A DNA stretch of 64,000 nt from Eledone cirrhosa. Its lineage: Eukaryota. Every line of letters begins with the position of its first letter. The first letter of the stretch is position 1. Shown here piece after piece: positions 10,236-20,753 of this stretch. Position numbers and translations under genes: made by a program. The stretch spans positions 378,324,001-378,388,000 of the forward strand of contig OZ024742.1 in NCBI GenBank assembly GCA_964016885.1, written 5' to 3'. Below the pieces are notes generated by a model. The model did not search any database, had not been told where the DNA came from, and worked only from the letters and a program-made list of their open reading frames with translations.

Positions 10236-11476
10236 TTAAGTGGTCTCCTGTGTTTGTTATATTCCTTGTTGTTGTAAAATGTGGTTCGGGTTGGTGGTTG
10301 TAGATTGAATGGGGTGTTCCTGTACTGCGAGTATGGGTGTGTGTTTCTATGTGCCATGTTGTATTGTGGTGTTATAAGTGGCCTACGTTGTTGGTTGTAT
10401 CGTGTGGTGTGGGTTTGTTGTGTATTGTGGAAGCGAGAGTTGAGAAAATGGTAATTACCTTGCTGTCCCCTTGAAGCGGGGAAGTTGTTACATCTATCAT
10501 GGCGGTGGTATCTTTTCCCTATGTTTGACGATGAGGCATCCGCGTAGTAGTTGTGTGATTTGGTATGGTGTCTCCTTGAAGGGGGAAAGTTGTAAATGTC
10601 ATTCTGGGGGAGATGATTTCTTGGGTTTTTGTTCCTTCTTATGGTAGCGAGGTTGGGAAGTTCATCTTCGGTGTGGTGCTTCCTTCTTCGTTTGTTAGAG
10701 GCTTGGGGGTTTGAGAAGTTGTTGTGCGGTTCAGTTATGGGTTTTCCTATTTTTATGAACGGGTTATTGGAGGTGTAATCCGTTTGAAAAGTCGATTCAT
10801 AGTGTAGGAACCAAGCGGCACTTTTTTCCCAGCGTTGAAGGGATTTCAGTTCTTCTCTGTTGCAGTCCCCTTTCCATAATTTGGAGATCTTCTCTACCTT
10901 GGGGCCTTCAGTTTTGTTGTTGATTTCCAGGAGGATCTCTTCATCGATGGTTTTGATTTTTTCCTCATTTGTCTGGGCCCTCAGTTTAAGAAGTTCAATT
11001 TCTGTCTTCATTTTTTCCAATGCCATTCTTTCCCTAAGGTGTCTTTGAGGTTCGGGTTCATTTGGAATGGACTTTATTTGTAGTTTACGGGGGAGAGTTA
11101 GAGGGGTTGAGTTAAGCCATTTTTCATATATCTCTGCTTTGTTGTGATTTTGTATCATCTTCCAGAATGAGAATTTTCTGTCTCTGAGGGATTTGTTCCA
11201 TTTTCGAATTGTTCGAATTTTCATTTTGTGTGAATCAATCTCACATGGTTCTTCGTTGGTTTTTCCTGGGTTGGTAGTAGTGAACATAGTTTGGATAGTA
11301 TCGCAAAGGTTTTGGAGTTTGTCGCCGATTTCGGAGGGTTTGTATCCGGTGGCGGTTTCCTTATTTGTGGAGTCAAGTTTGTCGACCAGCAAAGATAGGT
11401 TGGTGTTGATTTTCTTGAGTTCCTGTAGGATCTCTTCATTTGAGTTGATGAGGGTTGTATCCGTTTTTGTTGGCAT
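10166..11476 (-). CDS. ORF1 of the Penelope-like element: about 436-aa protein with a predicted coiled-coil N-half and a basic, disordered N/R/H/P-rich C-half
   Basis: Uninterrupted ORF between the 5' pLTR and the RT, first ATG at 11476 (MPTK). Heptad-like segments ILQELKKINTNLSLLVDKL and ALEKMKTEIELLKLRAQTNEEKIKTIDEEI. Confidence 0.8.
   Translation of the reverse strand: MPTKTDTTLINSNEEILQELKKINTNLSLLVDKLDSTNKETATGYKPSEIGDKLQNLCDTIQTMFTTTNPGKTNEEPCEIDSHKMKIRTIRKWNKSLRDRKFSFWKMIQNHNKAEIYEKWLNSTPLTLPRKLQIKSIPNEPEPQRHLRERMALEKMKTEIELLKLRAQTNEEKIKTIDEEILLEINNKTEGPKVEKISKLWKGDCNREELKSLQRWEKSAAWFLHYESTFQTDYTSNNPFIKIGKPITEPHNNFSNPQASNKRRRKHHTEDELPNLATIRRNKNPRNHLPQNDIYNFPPSRRHHTKSHNYYADASSSNIGKRYHRHDRCNNFPASRGQQGNYHFLNSRFHNTQQTHTTRYNQQRRPLITPQYNMAHRNTHPYSQYRNTPFNLQPPTRTTFYNNKEYNKHRRPLNISRQPLYPNHFLDTAHRYRQTK
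10199..10205 (-). promoter_or_regulatory. Putative -1 ribosomal frameshift heptamer U_UUU_UUA linking ORF1 to RT
   Basis: ORF1 codons CAT TTT TTA GAC; the -1 frame continues AGA CAC AGC... without a stop into the RT. Confidence 0.65.
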
Positions 11477-11797
11477 TTTCTGTATCTCGTGTGAGGATAT
11501 GATAGTTAAAAGAATAGAGGTGTAACACACAAGTTATTATATATTGGTAAACGGAATAGAAAATGCTGACAAATTGTTCACAGTTGAAAAATGGTTTAAT
11601 TAGGACTAAAAGAGTATTAGTGATTGTATGGGTTAGTATTCAGTTGTGGTTTTCAGTTTTTAAGTTTTTACCGGTTGCGCATTTCTAAATGCTTTTCAAA
11701 AATAATTTTGAGATAGAGTGTCCGTGCTGTTTGCTCTGATCTGATTAGTTTTGGGAATTCTACCTGTTTTTATGTTAAAAAAGTGGCTCCAATTTGC

Positions 11798-11904
<107 letters not shown>

Positions 11905-12407
11905 TTGTTGTGAAAGAGCCATTTCTCAATCTTGGACGCAAAACCAATTTTTTATTCACATGACCTCTACCGACCAATCAAAATTGTTTTCACCACAATA
12001 ATTTTTGCTGGAGCCACTTTTTTAACATAAAAACAGTCTTGGCGCAAAATCAATTTTTTACATTCACATGACCTCTACCGACCAATCAAAATTGTTTTGA
12101 CCACAAGAATTTTTGCAAATTGGAGCCACTTTTTTAACATAAAAACAGGTAGAATTCCCAAAACTAATCAGATCAGAGCAAACAGCACGGACACTCTATC
12201 TCAAAATCATTTTTGAAAAGCATTCATTTAGAAATGCGCAACCGGTAAAAACTTAAAAACTTAAAACCACAACTGAATACTAACCCATACAATCACTAAT
12301 ACTCTTTTATTCCTAATTAAACCATTTTTCAACTGTGAACAATTTGTCAGCATTTTCTATTCCGTTTACCAATATATAATAACTTGTGTGTTACACCTCT
12401 ATTCTTT

Positions 12408-12450
<43 letters not shown>

Positions 12451-12451
12451 T

Positions 12452-12915
12452 ATATTTATTAAAATAACAGATTAAAGTTTAAGCAAAGAATCGCTGCTTT
12501 CACCCTTAACGGGATCTTCTGAAACTAACAAAGGCAATCTGTAAACGCAGAACTGGATATTTCAAAAAACGTTGCAACCGGAGGAAGACAGGAAGATGAT
12601 ACTTTGGTTCGTGGAAACGTTCGCTTGCAAAGTCCCGTTCTTTGCCAGCGAACGTTTCCACGAACCAAAGTATCATCTTCCTGTCTTCCTCCGGTTGCAA
12701 CGTTTTTTGAAATATCCAGTTCTGCGTTTACAGATTGCCTTTGTTAGTTTCAGAAGATCCCGTTAAGGGTGAAAGCAGCGATTCTTTGCTTAAACTTTAA
12801 TCTGTTATTTTAATAAATATTTGCTCTACGGTTCTTATATATTTGATATATATTTATCCTTATCGAGCCCTCTTTGGATTTTAGTCTTCTAATTTATTAA
12901 TTTATTATTATTACT
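12452..12915. mobile_element. Fold-back element in (TA)n: about 369-bp near-perfect palindrome (12452-12820) plus unpaired tail
   Basis: Arms are reverse complements up to a 7-nt loop TCCCGTT (12633-12639) with one mismatch near the loop; mirror-image ORFs appear on both strands. Confidence 0.8.
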
Positions 12916-12988
12916 ATATATATATATATTATGCTGCCAATACCTTAATGGGACACGGGTATACAATACCTAACTCCTATTAACCTAA

Positions 12989-13059
<71 letters not shown>

Positions 13060-13063
<4 letters not shown>

Positions 13064-14612
13064 TATATTTATTTATTAGCCACAGGGGCACAAAAGAAGG
13101 GGACAAATACAAATAGGGGAAGTTTACATACAATAAAAACGTGTAAAATGTTATCACAGATGGAATTTAAAAAGTTAGTCGATTTTCCCCAATAGAGGGG
13201 ACAGTTTATATGGGTAACACATACCCCCGAAAAAAAATGTGCAACCCTCATCTCCAGGAGTACGAAGAGTTTGTACTCCCTTCCTCTCCTCCTCCTTTTC
13301 CTCAACCTACAGGCTGATATAGAGAGAAGGCCCATTCACTCGGGCCATTCTCGCCACTTTCACCCACCTTTCATAAAACTTGCTGGGGTACAGCACCTCT
13401 CTCTCCATCCTGATTCTTCTACCAAAGTGGTATTTGAAAAAAAGAATCAGTTGTTGGCCGGAGAGAAAGGTGTCTGACCTCAGCCCTTTCAACCTTGTCC
13501 ACCATACAACCTCTTTCGCCATAGCTATCACACAAAGGAAAACCGCCTCTCCTTCGTTTTTGAAGGAGGGTGGCGGTTTGATCATGACAATGGACTCGGT
13601 GGTCAACTGGACTGGTCCCACCCGCGACAATAGTCGTTCTACATAGCCCCACAGGTCAGTGACGCCCGGGTAGTGTATGAATGCGTGCGCGACGGTTTCT
13701 TCGTCTTGCACGCACCTCTGACAGATCTTTTTTGCAGGGTCCCTGCCCGGGCGCCCATGTCTGTAGAGCTTGTCTCGAACTGGTAGAGCTCCTCGGTAGC
13801 ACTGCCAGGCCAGGGACTTTTGGAAGTTGTCCATCGGTCCCGGGCGGAAGGTCCTACCGAACAGACTGGAGTTTAACCGAGCGCGTCGTCGCACTTGTTG
13901 CGGACTAACCCTCTATAGAATGACGAAGTGGAGTCTCCACTGATCGCCGGGTCCGCCTGCCAGAGGGCTGTGAGCGCCTGAGCACATTCGATGTGCTAGT
14001 CGCCCATTTTCCTCGGTCTTTGCTTGACCCAGGACTGCAGCTCGGTCAGCGAGACGAGTCGTGGGAAGGCTCGCCTCACGAACGGGGCCCACACCGGTTG
14101 TCCGGTGAGGAATACGTACAGATGCCGCAGCCTGAGCGCGTGTTTGCGCATCGTCAACCACGGCATCCCCAGCCCTCCGTTAGAAGGGTGTTGGCAGCAG
14201 ATGGATCTTCTCACCAAAGGAGCCCGCCTCTTCCAAAGGAATTGGCGGAGCGCGCGCTCCATTTTGGCGAGCGTTTTGGCTGGACAAGGCACGACGGTCA
14301 AGCGGTAGTAGATGGCGGACGCTATAAAAGTGTTCGCCACCTCCGCTCGACCTTTCAAGGATAGTTTGCACTCGGCCCACTTCTGGGTGAGTGCAAACAC
14401 CTTGGCCGTCACTTCGTTCCAGTTCTTCTCCACCTGGAGGTCCGGACCAAACCAGACCCCGAGCAGCTTTACCGGTCCTTCCGTCCAGCGTCCGACGACG
14501 CTATCGGAAGGCATCGGTCTGCCTCTCCACGATCCGAGTTGCAAACCGATGGACTTGTCCCGGTTCAGCTTCGCTCCTGTGAGACTTTCGTATTCCTTCA
14601 GTAAGGTGCCGA
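13060..14612 (-). mobile_element. 5'-truncated L1/Tx1-clade LINE: RT C-terminus + zinc-knuckle region + 3'UTR (frameshifted)
   Basis: YESLTGAKLNRDKS, VKLLGVWFG, LSLKGRAEVAN, QFLWK, GGLGMP, then WQCYRGALPV and CQRCVQDEETVAHAFIH. 3' end AATAAATAAAA abuts (TA)n and 5' end abuts (GATA)n; GC-rich relative to flanks. Confidence 0.88.
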
Positions 14613-14651
<39 letters not shown>

Positions 14652-14814
14652 CAAATACATGAGTCCCGGGTTTAATCGGGGGCAACCACACTTAGTAAGG
14701 TACTCAATATATTACTAGAGTGTAAATATCACATTTAATAATGGCTTCTACAGGACTAGAAGTGTTTCACTCAGAAGAAATTATCAGACAGTAAGGTGTT
14801 GTTAGAAATCCCTT

Positions 14815-15025
14815 AACTCAATGACTCAGCTGGTTCTGAGAGATACAAGGTTCGATTCTCTGTAGTGACTGCTGTTCACTTCCTTTCCTGCCATTAAATG
14901 TCTTTATCCGACTTTACAAGCTATTTATAGTATCGAAACTGTAGCGATTTCCACAGGTTCACTCAGTGGATGGGACTGTCCGTGTTTCTGGGGTCTTTTT
15001 CCATTGTCTTTGTCCTGTGTTCCTT
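14815..15025 (+). mobile_element. Possible second SINE family (Pol III A/B boxes)
   Basis: TGACTCAGCTGG ... GGTTCGATTC spacing resembles a tRNA-derived head; only one copy in the window. Confidence 0.35.
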
Positions 15026-15139
15026 TCTTCTTCTTCTTCTTCTTCTTCTTCTTCTTCTTCTTCTTCTTCTTCTTCTTCTTCTTCTTCTTCTTCTTCTTCT
15101 TCTTCTTCTTCTTCTTCTTCTTCTTCTTCTTCTTCTTCT

Positions 15140-15183
<44 letters not shown>

Positions 15184-15190
15184 TTCTTCG
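15026..15190. repeat. (TTC)n-(GTC)n compound microsatellite, tail of the adjacent RTE fragment
   Basis: Direct reading. Confidence 0.92.
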
Positions 15191-15625
15191 CCCAACTATT
15201 CCTGCAAGCAAAGTCCTCAAAGACTCCGTCCAGCGGGACTTGTCAGAAGCAACTGTCTCCAACTGATTCAGCCGGATCGCCAAGCGAAACCAGCTAAGCT
15301 CATGGATATGGTCCCAGTATTTTACTTGGGGTGTACCCCTAAGTCTCCTGTCGGTTGGTTTACTATGAAAAATCTGTCCAGCGATTCTTTCCTGAGACAT
15401 TCTAACCACATGCCCATAGTATCGGAGCTGTGATCTCTCAATTCGGAGAAGTAGCAGCTCTTCTTAGAGTAACGCCCTGTTTTCCGAATTACACACTCGA
15501 TCAAGTAACGTTACTCCAACGACCCTTCAGAGAACCCCATTTCGGCCGCTTGTATTCCCGATCGAATTCTTTCGGTCATTACCCAAGATTCATGACCATA
15601 GGTAAGTGTTGGCAGGAATACCGAA
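15190..15625 (-). mobile_element. RTE-clade LINE 3' fragment
   Basis: Minus-strand translations YGHESWVMTERIRSGIQAAEMGF and YGHVVRMSQERIA...RRLRGTP...YWDHI; homologous to 23605-23865. Confidence 0.75.
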
Positions 15626-16479
15626 TTGAAGATAGTGTTCCTCACTTTCTAAAAATTTTCTAAATTTATGCAGTTTTCATGCCGACAGCAACATGTATAT
15701 AATTACGTCAGTAACACAAAGTCAAGAATAGAAATTGTTTTAAATAAAGTTAAAGAGAATTTCTTAATTTATTATTCTTACAAATCAAATATTTTGTCGA
15801 ATATAAAATGAAGGGGAACTATTTATAAATAAATTAGAGCCTGCTTATGTTGGTTTGTTGGTTTGTTTTGGTGAAATTGGAAAATAAAGCATAGTTAGAA
15901 CTTAAATATCTCACACATATTCAAACGTTGAAACAAACACACAGAATACAAACATTACACACACACACATGCACATACACACATGCACATATACACATAC
16001 ACACACGCATAAACACACACACACATAAACACAAACACACATACATACATTATTCACATACACGCACATACGTACATGCATGTATATATATGTATGTAAC
16101 CAGCACCTTTCTCCATACACACACATACACACACACATATATATATATATGATATCATATATATATATATATATATATTGTTATATTTGGGGAGGGTCAT
16201 ATTTGCGTAATATTGCCAGAATTAATAACAGAACACACTCACTGTTTGGTTGGTTTTCGCTTCTCGCTGTCTTTTATATATATATATCTGCGATCTAACT
16301 TACTCGGTCCTCAATGTTGCCATTGACTGACCGGCGGTCAAAAATAATACAGATACAATATAGACAAACACATATATATATAGTTTACATAAATCTTTCG
16401 TTGCACATCTGCAACATCGTCAGTGGTGTTATATTCATTGTTCCTCCTGTTGTGTTGTATGTCTACGCCATTTTTTTTT

Positions 16480-16533
<54 letters not shown>

Positions 16534-16571
16534 ATATATTAACAAATGGAAACTATATTTATAAAACAATA

Positions 16572-16690
16572 TTTATTTTATTATACATATTTAAGGGCCA
16601 CCAAGGCAAATTATAGTGCGTTTTCATCAGATAAAATACAATACAGATTAGTTTTATAAATAAATATTGACATACCCTGAAAAAAGACAA
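16572..16690 (-). repeat. Diverged relative of the 5946-6046 hammerhead-bearing repeat
   Basis: Minus strand TCAGGGTATGTCA...TATTTTATCTGATGA...(T)AAATATGTATAATAAAATA. Confidence 0.6.
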
Positions 16691-17364
16691 CCTTAACGGT
16701 TGGAGCTTCCTGGATAGTGGAGATATTACATTTATTGAGGGTGATAGAAGATTATGAGTGAGTATGCAAATGAGTGTCCGAAAGGTTGAAATAAAATATA
16801 TTTAAATTAAACCGTTGGAAGTGAGAAAAAAGAAAGAGAAAATGAAGAACTGTTTATATATATTTTTTTGCCAGTGGAAAGAGTATAGTGTGATTATATT
16901 TAAGTCAGAGAAAATATTAGTTATAAGGACAAATATAGCGTAAGTGTGTTTACGTGAGAGGAAATAAGAAGAAGCGAAGAAACGAATACAACGGTTTAAT
17001 CTCTCTTCTAATGGTTTAATTTAAATATACTTTATTTCAACCTTGGTTGCCAGGTTGCCCAATGGCAAGTAGGCCCCAGGGGGACCACGGGGACATTGCG
17101 AGAGCCCACAGTAGTATTGCAGGGCCCAATGTATTACTTTAGGGGCCAATGCTTTGCTTTCAAAAAATACCTGAAATCTAAGAGAAAGAATAAAATTAAA
17201 AAAATATAAATAAAACAATTAAGCAAAACATTTGGTCAACCAATTCCCCTAAGAATTACTAGAAACCCAATTATATAATAAAGTACAAATAGCTGGAATC
17301 AGTGGTTGTACATTCTACTGAATTTAAAGCATGTAAACACACATATATAGACACAGACACACAA

Positions 17365-17415
<51 letters not shown>

Positions 17416-17421
<6 letters not shown>

Positions 17422-17690
17422 TAAAAGGAAAAGAAAATGCTGACAAAATGTTCCCAGTGAAAAATAGTTTAATTAGGAATAAGTAAAATTAGTAATAGTA
17501 TTGGTTAGTATTCAGTTTTGGTTTTAAGTTTTACCGGTTGCGCATTTCTAATGCATTTCAGAAATAATTTAAAAACTTAAAACCAAAACTGAATACTAAC
17601 CAATACTATTACTAATTTTTACTTATTCCTAATTAAACTATTTTTCACTGGGAACATTTTGTCAGCATTTTCTTTTCCTTTTACCAATAT
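17416..17690. mobile_element. Solo inverted pLTR pair of a sister Penelope-like subfamily inserted in (TA)n
   Basis: TTGGTAAAAGGAAAAGAAAATGCTGACAAAATG... resembles pLTR 7281; 17571-17690 is the reverse complement of 17416-17532. Confidence 0.85.
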
Positions 17691-17706
17691 ATATATATAT
17701 ATATAG

Positions 17707-17779
<73 letters not shown>

Positions 17780-18214
17780 GTTGTGTATGTGTGTATGTGC
17801 GTGTGTGTGTGCATATTCATATATATATATATTGCTATATATATCGCTATATATACATATTATATATATATCGCTATATATACATTGGTATATACATATA
17901 GATATATACAAATGCATGTATATGTATGTGTGTGTGTACATTATATATGTGTGTTTGTATGCGTGTATCATGAAGCTTGTAAATAATGTTGTGGCAAGTT
18001 CCGTAAGCGATAGAACTTATTTTTTTTATACCTTAAACTCTAATATTCAAAAGAAGCCCCTAATAATTATATTTCCTCATGACCCCTCTTCGGATTTATA
18101 GGGTGTTTGAGTAGCTAAAGTTTATGAAAGGTAACGAACTGAAAGAATAAGTTAACCTGTATAACTAGACAAAAGCCTATCATTATCACCTCCATCAGCA
18201 ATATTGTCAGTATT

Positions 18215-18492
18215 ACAGGCACGTGGGGCTGAGGAGGCCAAACTCTCTAAATACCGGTCGCTTTCCCACAGGTTTGCGGTCGTACCCTTGGCAGTGGAGA
18301 CTTCTGCTGTCCTCGGCCCTAGGGCTACCTCATTACTCACCACCATAGGCGCTGAGCTGGCCAGCCGTAGGTGTGAGCCCCGCGAGTTGGAATGGCTCTT
18401 CCAGCGCGTCTCCCTTGCCGTCCTCCGGGGAAACGCCTTCTCCATTCCGTCCGCCGGGGCTGTGGGGAGGCCACCGATATGATTGACTGACT
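18215..18492 (+). mobile_element. 3' fragment of an RLE-type non-LTR retrotransposon (CRE-like restriction-like endonuclease C-terminus)
   Basis: AEEAKLSKY......F.VVPLAVETSAVLG...LFQRVSLAVLRGNA matches the K..KY / P.A.ET.G / QR.S.A..RGNA pattern; GC-rich island. Confidence 0.75.
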
Positions 18493-18714
18493 TGTCATGT
18501 TATCAGTCAACTGTTGCTGTCGTTAACATCTGACAGTCTGTTAACACGCTTATAGTTAAGACTAATAGCAACAGCAGCAACATCAGTAACAACAGCAGCA
18601 ATAACAGTTACAATAACATCAACAACATTTTCTAAGGACTCAATAATTACGACAATAACATTAACAACAACGATACAACTGTTGTTAACGTTCTCTAACT
18701 AGAACTACAGTAAC

Positions 18715-18930
18715 GGTTTCTGATTGAGACACAAGGCCAACAATTTTCTGGTAGGAGAAAGTCGATTAAATCGACCCGTGTGTATTACTGGTACTTTTTT
18801 TAATGAACGCCGTAAGAATGAAAGGCAAAGCTAACCCCGGCAGAATTTCAACTAGAACGTAAAGGGCCGTAACTATATGCCGCGAAACAGGGTGCCCGAG
18901 GCTCTACCGATTCAGCCAATCTACCGCCCT
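18715..18930 (-). mobile_element. Diverged SINE copy
   Basis: Reverse complement of the SINE body with many substitutions. Confidence 0.75.
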
Positions 18931-18937
18931 TTATAAT

Positions 18938-19125
18938 AATTGTTTCTACTTTTATCACAAGGCCAGCAATTATCCCAGTGTATTACTGGTACTTTATTTT
19001 ATCGACCCTGTAAGGATGAAAGGCAAAGTTAACCTCGACGGGATTTGAACTCAGAATGGCAAGGGCCGTAACTCTATGCGTCAAAGCATGTCGTCCGACT
19101 CTCTACCGATACTGCCAATCCACCT
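18938..19125 (-). mobile_element. SINE copy
   Basis: Reverse complement of the 345-537 family. Confidence 0.85.
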
Positions 19126-19141
19126 TACATTATAATTTTAA

Positions 19142-19312
19142 TATTGGCAGTATCGGTAGAGGATCGGACGCCATGCTTTGACGCATAGAGTTACGGCCCT
19201 TGCCATTCTGAGTTCAAATCCCGCCGAGGTTAACTTTGCCTTTCATCCTTACGGGATCGATAAAATAAAGTACCAGTAATGCACTGGGCTTGTGCCTAAT
19301 GTAGAAACAATT
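19142..19312 (+). mobile_element. SINE copy
   Basis: Same family, head-to-head with 18938-19125. Confidence 0.85.
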
Positions 19313-19321
19313 ATAATTTTA

Positions 19322-19482
19322 ATAATTGTTTCTACTTTAGGCACAAGGCCAGCAATTACCCAGTGCATTACTGGTACTTTATTTTATCGACCTCGTAAAG
19401 ATTTCAACTCAGAACCTAAAGGGCCGTAACTCACTTCCACAAAGTAGCATGTTGTCCGATGCTCTACCGATTCCGCCAATGC
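19322..19482 (-). mobile_element. SINE copy with internal deletion
   Basis: Same family, lacking the GAAAGGCAAAGTTAACCTCGGCG segment. Confidence 0.8.
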
Positions 19483-19968
19483 TCCACTCTAACCACCAAT
19501 ATCAATATAAACAACACGCTTGCTAAAAATAACTCCAGCAGACTTTATCAGTTTTATCGAACAAAAGAAATAACTGTAAATGTTGATAACATTCTTGTGG
19601 AGAAGCTCGTTATCGTTCAACATAGAACAACATATATTAGAAATGTAAAAGTTAGCTAAGACGATAGCCTGCTAATCCAGGGGGAAATTAGAGAGAAAAG
19701 AGGTTATCTGAAGAGAATTAGAGGAAAAAAATAGAATTAATATAGCAAGATTTTTATTAAGTAATTTTCTAGGTCCTATCGTAACCTATAGTAAATATCT
19801 GAATTATATGTTATTACTTACAAATATACCAGAGTAGGTAGAGCTGAGTGTTCTCTTATCTAAAGAATTCAAAACATGTCAAATGGATATTTATATATAT
19901 GTATATATATATATATACACACATATTTATATATTCACATACACACACGCACACACACACATATGTAT

Positions 19969-20041
<73 letters not shown>

Positions 20042-20047
<6 letters not shown>

Positions 20048-20235
20048 GGGAAGTGAGGTTCTATACAAAACAGAGAGAGAGAGAGAGAAAAGATGAAGTT
20101 GGAAATAGCACGGGAGATGTGTTTAAGGGTCTGTTCTTTTCTTTTTTGCTTCGCCAATTTGACGAATCAAAAAAGAAAAACAGACCCTTAAACATATCTC
20201 CCGTGCTATTTCCAACTTCATCTTTTCTCTCTCTC

Positions 20236-20236
<1 letters not shown>
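20042..20236. mobile_element. Fold-back element in (TA)n (arms about 20077-20148 / 20168-20236) plus tail
   Basis: GAAAAGATGAAGTTGGAAATAGCACGGGAGAT vs ATCTCCCGTGCTATTTCCAACTTCATCTTTTC. Confidence 0.7.
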
Positions 20237-20266
<30 letters not shown>

Positions 20267-20543
20267 GTCTGTGTGTGTGTGCGCGCGTGCGTGTGCGTGT
20301 GTGTATGTACGTATGTATATTATAAGACAGTATGTATTTATGAAAGTACGCCGTCTCCAGTAGACGGGTTATTAGCCACCCAACTGATATTTCTGTTATT
20401 TCCATATTTCTAGGTTGTGAATAGTAGCAATATTTAATTTAGTTGCTTGGCAATCATGTAATTAGCTCATGTATTATGAATCTGCATTTCCCTTTTGCTA
20501 AGTAGCTCTTCATTTCGGTAACTTGTAAGACAGAAGTAAACGA

Positions 20544-20583
20544 TTTCTGACGAGTCATTAATGAAAGACGAAACTAGTCGAGG
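20544..20583 (+). ncRNA. Minimal hammerhead ribozyme motif with canonical core
   Basis: CTGACGA-GTC attaatgaaa GAC-GAAA-CTAG-TC: intact core, palindromic stem III, GUC triplet; stem I weak (ttt/gag). Confidence 0.6.
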
Positions 20584-20753
20584 GGATTCATCATGACACA
20601 GTATATGACAAGGATGGCCATTTGAATTACTGGTACAGTCTATCCGACGGGCTGCCAATCAGTTTCCATCTAACTAAATTTACTTACACGGCATCGTCTG
20701 TACGTCGAGGCTGCGGGGTGGCTAGCACGTGGGTCCCTATATGTTCATAATAG

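Noticed and set aside
12506-12766. Twin 64-aa ORFs on opposite strands
   Set aside because: Artefact of the palindrome
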